Shown: piece by piece, positions 24,031 through 36,557 of the stretch | How the letters are laid out: each line of letters begins with the position of its first letter | Numbering within the stretch: the first letter of the stretch is position 1 | Assembly: GCF_006345805.1 (NCBI RefSeq) | Contig: NC_043004.1 | Span: 4,526,001-4,590,000, forward strand | Direction: 5' to 3' | DNA: 64,000 nucleotides | Origin: Octopus sinensis | Lineage: Eukaryota | Translations under genes and position numbers: made by a program | Notes under the pieces: generated by a model | Seen by the model: only the letters and a program-made list of their open reading frames with translations | The model's database searches: none | What the model was told of the DNA's origin: nothing

Positions 24031-25290
24031 TACGAGTTGTACAAAAGTAATGTAGAAGTGAAAAGTTACTCTGTTAACGCCTGTAATTTGAATGACAAAA
24101 GTCATTCGAATTACACATGTTGGTAGTGTAATTCTTCTTGTTTTTCATTGCAGGCAAATAATGAGTTTCAAAAATAAGCACTATGCCATCAATGAGTTCC
24201 TGATGAGGATGAGTGAAGGCTCTCAAATATCCACCGAAGGCTCCAGGCTCATTACAGAAATGACACCATAGGCAAGAGCAATAGATAGATGAATTTAAAG
24301 AAAAGAATCTTGCATTGAAGACAAAGAAGGAAACCATCAGCTTGTGACCACATTGAAACTCCGACGTCTGGCAGCTGACTTGGCAGACACCCATAAAATT
24401 ATCAACCATCTTACAAACAATAACTCTGAGCACCTTTTCAAACTCCACCCATCTAACACCCGTGGACATGTTTACAAAGTCAGAAAACAGCAGGCTCCCA
24501 TGACTTTAGGAAACATTTTTTCACATAAGAGTTGCTGAAGCATGGAACAAACTGCCGGTATCAGTTGTTAGTGTGTCGGACACTGCATCCTTCAAAACTT
24601 CCATGCTTTCTGAGATTCGCCAACACTACACCTGATTTCCTCCCCTCCATACACACACAAGCATGTATCTGACTCATACAATGTTCACTTTCCAGACATT
24701 TGTATATTACTGCATATACTTTATATGCACTTTCTGACAAGTTGTGATGCACCTGAGCACTGTATACAATAATTTCATTATTATTATTTTACAAGACTCA
24801 CAAGCAAGTGGATAAACTGATTCATGTGGCCAGAAGAATTACAATCTGTGAGATTGCTGTGTTGTAGTCATAATGCAGATGGTGGAAGGCTTTGGGTATC
24901 AGAAAGTATGTGGAAAGTGAGTACCTTGGTAGCTGACATTTGATTTGAAGCAGAGAAAGATGCATGTCTGCTCTGATCTGTTGGAAGCATTTGAAGCCAA
25001 TGATTTTTTTCTGATCTGGTGACAGGAGATAAAAGGTGATTGTAGTTTTATCATCTAGAAATAAAGGATCAGTCCATGATACGATGTCCTTCTCTTCTTC
25101 AAGGCCTAACAAGTTCAAGAACCAGTGATCAACACAAAGGTTATGGTGACCGTTTTTGCAATGACAAGAGTATCACCTCTTTGATTGTCTAGACTGTGAC
25201 TGTGCTGTGAAGAAGCTGTGCAATGAGATACTAAAAAGTTTACAGATGGAAGAAACCAAACAGACATTGGAAAATAATCCACATTTGAGT
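24031..25290 (+). mobile_element. Decayed mariner interrupted by a CR1-type LINE
   Basis: TACGAG...AAAAGTAATG 5' terminus at 24031. 24830-25190 encodes degenerate remnants resembling the WVP, TGDE and KVMVTVF motifs. Confidence 0.7.
24340..24790 (+). mobile_element. CR1/L2-type LINE 3' end
   Basis: TLKLRRLAADLADTHKII...NTRGHVYKVRKQ followed by AEAWNKLP..., ending in a (ATT)n tail. Confidence 0.9.
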
Positions 25291-25309
25291 GGCTGTTTGG
25301 TAAGTAACT

Positions 25310-25645
25310 GCTTACCAACCACATGGTTCCGGGTTCATTCCCACTGTTGGCACCTTGGGCAAGTGTCTTCTTCTATACCTCGGGCTGACCAAAGCCTTGT
25401 GAGTGGATTTGGTAGACGGAAACTGAAAGAAGCCCGTCTCTTATATATGTATGTGTGTGTATATGTTTGTGTCTCTGTGTTGTCTCCCCCTACCCAACAT
25501 CGCTTGATAACTGATGGTGGTGTGTTTACGTCCCCGTAACTTAGCGGTTCGGCAAAGAGACCGATAGAATAAGTACTAGGCTTCCGAAGAATAAGTCCTG
25601 GGGTCGATTTGCTCGACTAAAGGTGGTGCTCCAGCATGGCCGCAG
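25310..25645 (+). mobile_element. tRNA-derived SINE with CORE-like motif (CTTGGGCAAGTGTCTT) and internal microsatellite
   Basis: Abuts an oppositely oriented copy at 25650-25895. Other copies at 12840-12990(-), 28695-28995, 43260-43690(-), 45930-46270, 46567-46965, 53420-53700(-), 54545-54985, 55425-55812, 59005-59130(-). Confidence 0.9.
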
Positions 25646-25898
25646 TTACGGGGAACATAAACACCAGCATCGGTTGCCAAGCGATGCTGAGGGGACAGAC
25701 ACACACACATACATACATACATACATATATACGATGGGCTTCTTTCCGTTTCCGTCTACCAAATTCACTCACAAGGCTTTGGTCGACCCGAGGTTACAGT
25801 AGAAGACACTTGCCCAAGGTGCCACACATTGGGACAGAACCCGGAACCATGCAGTTCGTAAGCAAGCTACTTACCACATAACCACTCCTACGCCTATG

Positions 25899-25987
<89 letters not shown>

Positions 25988-26743
25988 TACATACATACAT
26001 ACATACATACATACAGAGAGATAAATAGATATACATAATACACAAATATATTATAAATATCTATAGAGACATATATATGCATTACACACACACATAACAA
26101 ATGATAGAGATGGAAAATGGAATACACAAGAAACTTTATTGTTTACAATGATCGTTTTAAGCCATTTTGCTTCGATCCCTTGCAGGTGGGAGACTGTGCA
26201 ACTGGTTGTGGTGCAGAAGCGTCTCGTAGGTGATTTTCAAGGGGTATCTTGTTAAATATATATATACCCTGTTTCACTCAGTTTTAATACAGCTTGTTGT
26301 TAGTGACCCTAGGTTTAAGTCGTTGGGCAGGAATGATGAGCGACAGATTCCGTTGTGATATTATAGACAGTTGTCTCTCTATGTCTATAGTTGTAAATCA
26401 AAGACAGGGAATAAATATTGACTGAAACAAGAATTAAAGTTGTATGTGTGTGTGTGTTGTGTGTGCGTGCGTGCGCGCGCGCGCGGTGTGTGTGTGTGTG
26501 TGTGTGGCGTGCGTGCGTGCGCGCGCGTGTTTGTGTGGGTGTGTGTGTGTGTTGTAGCAGGTGATGTTATGATAAGTTGTTCAAACTCTGTGAGACAATG
26601 TAATAATTAACATGGAGAACAAAAATTGCTAAGTTTTTTTTTTATTCATTATTTATTTATTGTAATTTTTCATGTAGGGTCAGTATACAAAATTGTTATA
26701 GTAGCCAGTAGTTTAACAGTGATACAGGAAGAAGAAACAAATT

Positions 26744-27657
26744 ACTGGTCCCCTTCCCCCAAAATTTCAGGCCTTGTGCCTTTAGTAGAAAGGATTAATT
26801 ATTACTAAGTTTCAGTCTCTCTTAATCGAACAAATACGAAAAGCATGTGTGTGTGTATACATAAAAGATAGAGGGGAGTGTGTGTGTGTGTGTGTGTGGT
26901 GTGTGTGTGTGTGAGAGAGAGAGAGCGTGTGTGTAAGAAATCGGTAATTGTTCCTGGAGTCTTAGCCAGGAATTGAAACCTTAGCCTAGATTTCCTATGA
27001 AATTTCCCCCCCACTTCCGTTTTTGGCATTAGCACTAGGAAACTTATGGTAAGATGTGTCTATCGGATACACCTGTGTTAGAAAGCGAATGGCGTGTGGA
27101 AACAAAAAAACTACTGTGATTTTATTAAACCACAAAGATTAAACAAAGTGGGGACAATACAAGGGGTCAATGGAGTCGTGACTTATCGAACGATATTACA
27201 TGAATAAATGTATTATAATTGACTGCTAATTCTTTCTGAGGGCTCGTATTTATAACATATTGAAAGACGAATGTATGTCGTAGAATAAAGGAAAGTACTA
27301 ATCTTATCTGTGATAACCTCCAGTTGACCGTAAGTGTGACAAGGGACCTCATAAATTTCCTAGTGCTAATGCCAAAACGGGGAGGGGTGGAATTTCATAG
27401 GAAAATCTAGGCTAAGGTTTCGATTCCTGGCTAAGACTCCAGGAAACAATTACCGATTTCTCACACACAACTCTCTCTCTCTCTTCTCTCTCTCTCACAA
27501 CACACACACACACACACACAAACACACACAAAACACACTCCCCTCTATCTTTTATGCATACAACACACACACATGCTTTTCGTAATTGTTCGATTTGTAA
27601 TAGTTAATCCTTTCTACGAAAGGCACAAGGCCTGAAATTTTTTGGAAGGGGACCAGT
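26744..27657. repeat. Inverted duplication: arms 26744-27048 and 27350-27657 (about 305 bp), unique 301-bp spacer
   Basis: TTTCCTAGTGCTAATGCCAAAA...CTAGGCTAAGGTTTC(G/A)ATTCCTGGCTAAGACTCCAGG...AAAGGCACAAGGCCTGAAATTTT...GGGGACCAGT is present on both strands. Confidence 0.95.
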
Positions 27658-28421
27658 TCGTAATTGGTACTTATTTCATCGACCCCGAAAGGATGAAAGG
27701 CGAAGTCGATCGCGGCTGAATCTGAAAATCAGAAGGTAAGGACGGACGAAATGCCGTTAAGCATTTCCCCGGCATGCTAACTATCCTTTCAGCTCGGAAA
27801 ATAAATACAACAATGTGGGTGTATAATTCCCGGTTACAAAGTATCTCAGCAAGAATTAAATAATTTTAGTTTCCGTATATAATCTCAGATCAAATCACTT
27901 GCCTAAGAAGTGCTATTCAAACTAAAATTTTTTCTCTCAACATTTAATCAATATATATTTTTTTTAAACAAGGTAGATATATTTATTTTCTAGTTTTGAA
28001 TTGTCTGCAGTGGGGGGAGGGGGTGTCAACTCTAAAGGGGATAATTCCAGTAAGACATTATTGTTTAATTATGCGCATGTCAATACCATTTCACAGTGAA
28101 GATATTGCAATTTTATATTCAAGGAGGATAACTCTGGGTTCTCAGTATTTCAGCAAAACTTGGTTATGAAATTAAGTTGGAAAATAATTCCTGAAAGAAA
28201 ATAAAATAATGTATTTTCTCATCTACCGCTTTATGTTGGAATACGATTTTAGATCATATTTCATTAATTCATAAGCTAAAAGAACAAGTATTTACAATAC
28301 AATATTTCTTTCAATTGTCATTGTGAAATAGAAGTAAACCAGAGTAATGCACCTTGTTTCGGGGACCCGCACGATAGCAACAAAGGAGATTAAACGCCCC
28401 TTTACTTTTGTGACAGCTCAC

Positions 28422-28451
28422 CACTTGGTTCTTGATAATCGATTGGTTAGA
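28422..28451 (-). other. Candidate 30-nt symmetric exon
   Basis: gtcttttcttatgacaacag|TCTAACCAATCGATTATCAAGAACCAAGTG|gtgagc. Two frames are open. Confidence 0.25.
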
Positions 28452-29329
28452 CTGTTGTCATAAGAAAAGACTGTCTTTGTTTAGGATCACAACACTTAAC
28501 CTAATATGTATTTATGTGTTTAAACATACATGTATCTCTTCTCCGGTTTTGTGTGTGTGTGTGGTATATATATATATATATATAGGTATGTATCTATGTG
28601 ATGTGTACACATATATATATATACATATATATATATAGGTATGTATCTATGTATGTGTACACACAGACACATACAAAATGTATATATAGATAGGCGCAGG
28701 CGTGGCTGTGTACTAAGAAATTTGCTTCCCAACTACATGGTTCCAGGTTCAGTCCCATAGCGTGTCCCCTTGGGCAAGTGTCTTCTCCTAAAGCCTTGGG
28801 CTGACCAAAACTTTGTGAGCGAGTGTGTGTCTGAGTTGGTCCCCCACCATCGCTTGACAACCGGTGTTACTGTGTTTACGTCCCCGTGACTTAGCGGTTC
28901 GACAAAAGAAATCGATAGAATTTGTACCAGGCTTAAAAAAATTACTGGTGTTGAATCATTCAACTGACTGTAGTCTAATGACTGAAACAAGTAATAAAAT
29001 AAAAGATATATATATATATATTTTATATTCTCCCTATATATATATACGAGCAAGACGCCACCCGTCCAATGGACGGTGCTGAGTTGTCAAACATTTAAAC
29101 CAAATTTTCTCAAACAACTTCTCCGACCGTCCCATAGGCCTCCCCTTTGTGAAACACTGGATTAACCTAAATTTGAGACACCAGCAAAGAAGAAATAAAG
29201 ATAAACTTTTTTCTCTATTCCAAAGAAAAACGATTTTATTCACACAAATATGCAACCAAAGAGTTTAAAGTACCAGTAATGATAAGGCTGTTGACTGGGA
29301 GAACACAAACATGGTTTTTTAAACAGTTC

Positions 29330-29778
29330 TTCTCATTAAAAAATAATTAAGCATGCCTTTATTTCAATAAAATTTCTGGTTTGTTAAATGAAGTTAAGGC
29401 AAAAAAAAAAATAGTCTTTCCTTCCTTCATGCCAAGTTTGAAGAAAATATCTTTTGCATCTTACTTTTTGGTCTCTAAATATACTCCATTTTGTGGCATT
29501 ATTTCAAGCCAGCCGGCTTTTTTGCGCAAACTGCACGTCCAGTTTTCTCACGTATGCATAGTATCGATCGCAACAGCTGATGTACTTGCATGTACCAATG
29601 CACGTTCCCACGGCTTTATCAATTGCATTCTCACCTGGAATCAATTTTTGTAATTTTTTCAAGACTTATACACGTTCTGATACCGTCGGTATCTACATAT
29701 CAAATTTGAGCATAATCGGATGGAGGATGCCCAAGATCCTAGAAGATACACACAGACAAACAGAACGGATTTTATATA

Positions 29779-29809
<31 letters not shown>

Positions 29810-29945
29810 GGGAGAGAGAGAGAGAGAGAGAGATTGTTCTGTGTGTTCACCATTTGATCTTGGCAGAAATTTTTCTCATCTGAGAAAAACCAAACCATGT
29901 TCGGTTGGAGGGGATGCTTGAGTTTGTTCAAAAGTTTCATAACAC
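29330..29945 (-). mobile_element. Tc1/mariner-superfamily transposase remnant
   Basis: KLLNKLKHPLQPNMVWFFSDEKNFCQDQMVNTQNN carries the first catalytic FSDE motif. Interrupted by microsatellites. Confidence 0.75.
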
Positions 29946-31281
29946 TGTCTTATCTCTTGTCCTTGATGGTTTCAGATAAAAATTGGCTCTTTCTCATCTT
30001 GTATGAAGAATACCAAATGTCTTCATACACTACCTGCTTGATAAAATTGCTCAGACACTCCCATGTCCCTGGTAATGGACCTGATTGACTTGGAGGGATC
30101 GCTGTCAAAAAGGTCCATAGGTAAAAAATTGTTCAGAACCCCTTGTCTAAAGAGATCATTGTTTAAGGCAAACACAGATTTCTTTGGTTTTTGTTCTTTT
30201 AGGATTCCTGGCAGAACTTATCTGACAACACAACTGCTATTAACATACAAGTCCTGTAATGGACTCCAAAACTCTCTGTGAACCATTGTGCTTTTAGCAT
30301 AGACAATCATTGTTATTTTTAAGAACATATCTGATTCCCAATTTCTTGACATTGTTCCATTTAGATTGATCATTTGTGATCAAGAACTAAAGAAATTTAA
30401 AAGCAGAATGTACTGTATAGCCTTCAGAATGGAGTATGGCAACATTATCAGGAGAAAAACTGCAACATCAAGAAGCAAATTTCAGCTTCTTTGTTATCAA
30501 ACCCTGTTGCAAAAAGCAAAAGAGATTCTTCTCTGCTCTGTAGTGAGTTTGGGTGCATTTTCATTGACATATGCTATTAATGTGTCAACAGAAAATGATA
30601 CCTCTTTCAAAAGTTATGTTGATGGATCTTTAACTTTAGTGTATTTAGTTTTAATGATGTCATATTTGAAGTTTTTGGATATTTATATTCAGCTGTGTGC
30701 ACTGTTTTCATACTGGAATACACTTGGTGAATTTGGTGCTTGAAATCTTTGGCAAGGTTATCATGATACTTGAACAAAAACTGAAGCAGGTTGGATGATT
30801 TACAGCATTTTGACAGTAAATTGAAAAGAACCCTAAGATTTTTGGATGTTTGAAATACAGAAGTTCCTAATTATGTTACATCCCACTGACCATCATTCGC
30901 TAGAAAATTCAAGGAAAAGCCAAACCTCTCTGTTGGTGTGTGTAAACTTAGCCACTAACTATTCAAATATGTTGAAGTGAATTTAAGCCTAGCACTTTAC
31001 ATAAAAGAAATGTAGAATGAAACATATTGGACTGGGTGTGGACTGGTGTGTACAATCTACTCTCTTCCAATAACACTGTCAAAACTTGCAATTTTTTTTT
31101 TTTGCCTCCATTGCTTCTTTCCTCTGTGTGTGATATGATGAAACTTGAAGGTACAGCAATGTTTTTGTAAATGAGGAAAACAGTTGTAAGCATTATGTCC
31201 TTTGGACTGCTTGCTGTACAAGATTTGTCTGAACAAAGTAATTTTGTTACACATTTTCAAATGGACAACAACTTGTTGAAT

Positions 31282-31438
31282 ATACATTATTTACATTTGA
31301 CAGATATTTGTCCTCATATTGTTTGTTGTTAACATGTTTCGGCTGATATACCCTCCAGCCTTCTTCAGGTGTCTTGGGGAAATTTCGAACCTGAGTTCTC
31401 ATTCCTAAGGTATTTTTCAATGTTGTTGTTGTTGTTGA

Positions 31439-31487
<49 letters not shown>

Positions 31488-31747
31488 GTTATTATTATTC
31501 AGGTCACTGCCTGGAATCGAACTTAGAATCTTGAGGCTAGTAGCCTGTACTCTTAAACCACTACGCCATAATAACAACATTGAAAAATACCTTAGGAATG
31601 AGAACTCAGGTTCGAAATTTCCCCAAGTCACCTGAAGAAGGCTGGAGAGTATACCAGCTGAAACGTTGTGTTAACAACAAACAAGATGAGGACAAATATC
31701 CGTCAAATGTAAATAATGTACATAATTCCTCATCTCTTAAATATAGC
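31282..31747. mobile_element. Palindromic hammerhead cassette with 11-bp TSD
   Basis: Arms 31283-31427 and 31573-31720 are near-identical inverted copies. The spacer is (TTA)n plus a SINE fragment. ACTTGTTGAAT occurs at 31271-81 and 31748-58. Confidence 0.9.
31627..31672 (+). ncRNA. Type I minimal hammerhead ribozyme
   Basis: GTCAC-CTGAAGA-A-GGCTGG-AGAGTATA-CCAGCT-GAAAC-GTT-GTGTT. Loopless AC/GU stem III, GUU triplet. Confidence 0.6.
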
Positions 31748-32295
31748 ACTTGTTGAATGTTAGGGATATCTTCCTGGATGGCAAAGATAAAAGAAAAAAA
31801 AGCAAGAATTTCTCATTGCCGCAGATGTTTTGTCTTTGCTTGTATCAGGTGGCTTCATTGAAGAGGTTTTGCTATTTCAGGGCCAGGATTACTGCATCAG
31901 GTTCCTTAATGGCATATTTTTAGATAAATCTGATGGACATTATTGCATTGCAAAACTTAAAATGAGTATGCATTAAATATGTTGGTCAGCAGTGGGCTGT
32001 TACTCTGGTGTTTATTCTATAAAAGGTATATCCATCTTCATCTGTTGGGTGTTCTTGACAAATGGTCTTGGAAACTTTGGGGAGATATTAGTTGGCTTAT
32101 ACACTAAATGAAATTCTGTTAAATACACCACAAGGGCCATGGCCAGTTGGCCTTAACAATATTTAAGAGTTCTTATATTTGCAAGGATCTTGAAGCTTTG
32201 CATTTATTATGAAATCAGTATGTTTGGAAGAAATCTTATGATGGTTTAGGTAAAAGAAAATACTGGAGGATCAGTTCATTATGATTTTATTCAAA

Positions 32296-32603
32296 ACTAG
32301 CAGTATCGCCCAGCGTTGCTCGGGTTTGTAAGGGAAATAACTATATAAGCATTTTTAGAGAGTTACTTCCCTTATATAACCCGAGCAAAAATCATAAAAA
32401 ATGCGGAAAAATGATGGTAAATTTTTTTTAAATCGTAGACTCATCGTAGACGCGTGCTAATACCTAGAAGGGCTCGATATGAATGACGACTATAAGATAC
32501 CCGCTTTTCGTTAAACTGCACCGCAAAATGTGGGAGTAGTTAGGAATCTAAATCGGAGGAGACAGAGTCTCAAACACACTACTTCAATTTTATATATAAA
32601 GAT
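32296..32603 (+). mobile_element. Helitron/DINE-1-like non-autonomous element inserted in a mariner MITE
   Basis: ACTAGCAGTATCGCCCAGCGTTGCTCGGG 5' end and TTTTATATATAAAGAT 3' end. It splits MITE sequence that is contiguous in the 10607 and 15202 copies. Confidence 0.65.
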
Positions 32604-33179
32604 ATTCTCCTCTCAGATTTACACACTTATTGCAGTGGTCCTTCAGTTTTTCTAAGCCCTGTAAAAGAACTCAGAAGGTTGGGCTTCTAACCAGGCCTTT
32701 TGCAATACCCTTAAGCCAGGAACTTTCCAGCAACCCCTCACTGCATTTGTTAACCAGATCAAAATGTATGCACTCAAATAGGAGGCCTTTTTCTTTCCTG
32801 TGGGGATCAATGATGGAAACCTAATTTGCATAAATTATAACATTAAAATGTCGGGCCACATTTGATCACGATTATATGAACTCACATACATAAAACTTTA
32901 GTTCCTAATTAAATTAATTATAAATCAGTCATGTCAGTTTCAGTTGCTGAAGCATGTACCAGCATAATCAGCAGCAGCTTACATTAATCAAGTCTTTTGC
33001 TAAAAGTTACTTTGCAGGAGAGAGAGAGAGAGACAAAGAAAGAGAAAGAGAAAATTTGGAAGTAACAAGGCTTTCAATGGGAAACACGAAGAAGACAGAT
33101 GTGTAAAACAAGCTGAGTAAAAAGTGGTCGGATGGTTGCACTCATAGACAAATTTTCCCAAATATGATATATATATATA

Positions 33180-33914
33180 TACTAGCATTAAAGACCTGTT
33201 GTTGCCGGGTCATAGTGCTAGTGCATGTATATATGTGTATATATATGTGTACATTTTACATGTACATCTATATATATACATCTACACATAAAATGCAAAA
33301 TACAAATTTATATCTTGATATCGCTAGTGATAACAATACTGAAGATATATAACAGACTGGAATTTTTAGCTCTTCTTTTTTCTCTACATTGTATACTTTA
33401 TAGACAATAGTCTTTTCTTTAATTTAATTTTTTATTATCCATCTGAACTATTCCATTTCTGCATGCTAATTTTATTTTTAATTTATTTCCATTCATGTGA
33501 AACCACTTATTCAAGTTCAAATCCTTGACGCAATTTTATATCAATTGCTATTTTACTTTTGTTATGTTACGATTATATTATACTTTAGTTTGATTTTAAT
33601 TATTACTTACTACATATAATTCAATTGTTATTATTATTTTTATTGTTAAAGCGAAAGTATCTGACATAAAATAGAGAAATGTTTTTGTTTCACTTTTAAC
33701 ACGTAATACTGAAATAGTGGAGAAGATATGATATTGCCATGGGCTCGCCCTAGGCAAGAAGCTGAACATTTTTTTGCCCATGGAACTACATGGACCCTAA
33801 GTGAGGCATGTGTAAAATTTGAATGAAATTGGTTGTGTAGTTCTCAAGTTTTAGGGAAACACACAGACAGACAGACAGACAGACACACATTCTCAGTTTT
33901 ATATATATAGAGAT
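33180..33914 (+). mobile_element. Helitron/DINE-1-like element
   Basis: TACTAGC...GTTGCCGGGT 5' end, and (CAGA)n followed by TTTTATATATATAGAGAT at the 3' end. Confidence 0.6.
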
Positions 33915-34212
33915 AAATAGTGATATTATTATTTATTAATAATAATAATATAGGTGGCTAGTTAGCAAATAAACAAAAAAGCAAATTTATAAACAAGGGT
34001 ACTAGATAGCACCAGCGTTGCTAGAAATGAGAGTCAAAATGACTTAATTAGTCACAATTAGGGATCTCCATTGCTTTGGTATGTTGGCCGTTTATTTTTC
34101 ACTCCCCTGATTTCATCAGCCTATTAACTTTCAGTACTATTGTGACTAATTGAGTTGTTTTTGACCCTCATTTCTAGCAATGCGGGCTATTGCTATCAGT
34201 AACCCTTGTTTA

Positions 34213-34261
<49 letters not shown>

Positions 34262-34262
<1 letters not shown>

Positions 34263-34510
34263 CAATATTATCTCCCGCTTCTTCCTAGCTCTCCTAAGGT
34301 GAGCCCTCTGTCCATCATTCACCATGATAGATCGCTAGCCACTACACATTCTTTATTTTTCTCTCTTTGTTTCTTTCTGTTTCCTTTCTGTGGAAGAGCA
34401 TAGGCTCGAAATGTTAAAGACTTTTTTTACTTTCTGAGCATTATACTAATACATCTGTTTGTTGTCTACACCACCTCTCTTCGTCTTTTTTTTGTGAATT
34501 CTCCCCCTAT
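34262..34510 (+). mobile_element. Short element carrying a variant minimal hammerhead-like motif, embedded in (TA)n
   Basis: Homologous to 50400-50606 (GATAGATCG(C/T)TAGCCACTACAC...ATACTAATACATCTGTTTGTT...ATTCTCCC). Confidence 0.8.
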
Positions 34511-34518
34511 ATGTATAC

Positions 34519-34595
<77 letters not shown>

Positions 34596-34597
34596 TA

Positions 34598-34653
<56 letters not shown>

Positions 34654-34904
34654 ATATGTACATGTATGTGTGCATATATGCATGTATGTATGTATGTGTG
34701 TAGGTATGTATGTATGTACACATGCATGCTAGCAAGCAAGCAGTATATATGGAGAAAATTTCTCCAAGACAAAATACAGTGAATAGCTTTTTTATGGACT
34801 TGAATATGCCTCAAGCATATTTGAACAGGTAGCAAGTTTGTATTTATCCACATCACCACTTAGTGCAATTGCCCCATTATATATAAATATATATATTTAC
34901 CAAT

Positions 34905-35605
34905 AGAAGAGGCAGACCATGGAAGAGGCAGACCCAAGAAAACCTGGGACAAGGTGGTGAAGCATGACCTTCGAACTTTAGGTCTCACCGAGGAAATGAC
35001 TAGAGACTGAGACCTTCGAAGTATGCTGTGCATGAGAAGACCCGGCAGGACAAGTGAGACCATAAACGTGGCCTCTACATGGGATTTAGGCAGTCCACTT
35101 ATGCATACCTTTCCTTCTTGGGACACAAAAAACTCTACTTGTGAAGACCTGTTGAGGAAGTGAAAATCCAAATAAAAATCGAAATCGATCAACATCAATG
35201 GGAATTGCAGCTGTGATACCAGTACCGGTGGTACATAAGAGAACCGTCCGAATGTGGCTGTTGCCAGCACCACCCCGACTGGCCTCGTGCCAGTGGCACG
35301 TAAAAAGCACCATCCAATCGTGGCTGTTGCCAGCCTCGCCTGGCCCCCGTGCCGGTGGCACGTAAAAAGCACCATCCGATCATGGCCGTTTGCCAGCCTC
35401 ATCTGGCACCTGTGCCTGTGGCACGTAAAAAGCACCCACTACACTCACGGAGTGGTTGGCGTTAGGAAGGGCATCCAGCCATAGAAACATTGCCAGATCA
35501 GACTGGGCCTGGTGCTGCCTTCTGGCTTCCCAGACCCCAGTTGAACCGTCCAACCCATGCTAGCATGGAAAGCGGATGCTAAACGATGATGATGATGATG
35601 ATGAT
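34905..35605 (+). mobile_element. RTE-type LINE 3' end: ORF tail, 3' UTR with hairpin repeat units, (GAT)n tail
   Basis: RGRPKKTWDKVVKHDLRTLGLTEEMTRD, then several GTGCC-NGT-GGCAC-GTAAAAAGCACC units, then the abundant tail. Confidence 0.85.
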
Positions 35606-36359
35606 AGAAAACAAAGATAGGAAAATTAGAAGTTGAAAATGCACTGAGAATAGTTAAAATATTTAAAGCATTAACCGGTTTCACAGTTTACACTGCTTTT
35701 CAAAAAGTTCAAATAGAAAGGCATGGCTCATGTTGCAGCTGTCTTGTTTCTGACTTGTGTTTGAAGTTTGCCCTGTTTTATAGGTTGTTCAATGGCTCAA
35801 ATTAATATATGTTTTGAATAGGATTTGATTGGTAGAGGATAGTTGCATGAGTGGTCTTAGGAATTTTTGTAGGTTCCCTGCTATGTCAGTGTGTTAGTAT
35901 CAAGTGACAATGTTTGGTGTTTGTGTGTTAAGGCTGACACAGTTGTGCATTTGAAATACACAAAATGAAATGATCAAAGTCCCTAAAAACATTCCTCAAA
36001 ACTAAATTATCTTCTAAATTTCCTACAAACAGTCAAAAAATGTGGCCACCCCCAATTGTGGGACCCGCATTGACCTTATTGAAGACACAACTTGAAAATT
36101 CAAATCAGGTCAGACTTTCACCATAAAAAATCAGTTTACATGTTATTCAAGGAATTTAATATGTTATCAAATGTCAAGGATGTAATGAAGATTACATAGG
36201 TCAAACAAAGCTTACTCTAAGATATAAACTGACCATTCACTGACAACAAATATGGGACCCCAATACTAGACAGATCCCACTGAGTGGTCACATAGACATA
36301 TGTGCAAAAAAATAAGTCTCCCAAATTCCAGGTCTTCCCACTCTACCTATGATTTCGTA

Positions 36360-36557
36360 GATTGCTCGGAAATCTCCTGTAGATTGCCCGGAAATCGCCA
36401 GGAGATTGCCTGGAAATCGCCAGGAGATTGCTCGGAAATCGCCTGGAGATTGCCTGGAAATCGCCCGGAGGTTGCCCAGAAACCGCCTGGAGGTTTCCTG
36501 GAAACCGCCCGTAGATTGCCCGGAAATCGCCCGTAGATTGCCTGGAAATCACCCAGA
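36360..36557. repeat. GC-rich minisatellite, 9 x 22 bp (GATTGCCYGGAAATCGCCYGGA)
   Basis: Nine contiguous units counted by eye. The unit is itself two related 11-mers. Confidence 0.95.

Larger units (their letters stand above)
29945..32240 (-). mobile_element. Heavily decayed Penelope-like retroelement ORF
   Basis: Degenerate segments resembling PLE RT motifs (FIISHTEERSNGG...LQVLTVLL; LYTPVHTQSNMFHSTFL; LRPTGHGP...LPKV). Interrupted at 31282-31747. Confidence 0.6.

Noticed and set aside
30366-30743. 125-aa plus-strand ORF
   Set aside because: It lies antisense within the decayed Penelope-like remnant and has no recognisable motifs or splice support.
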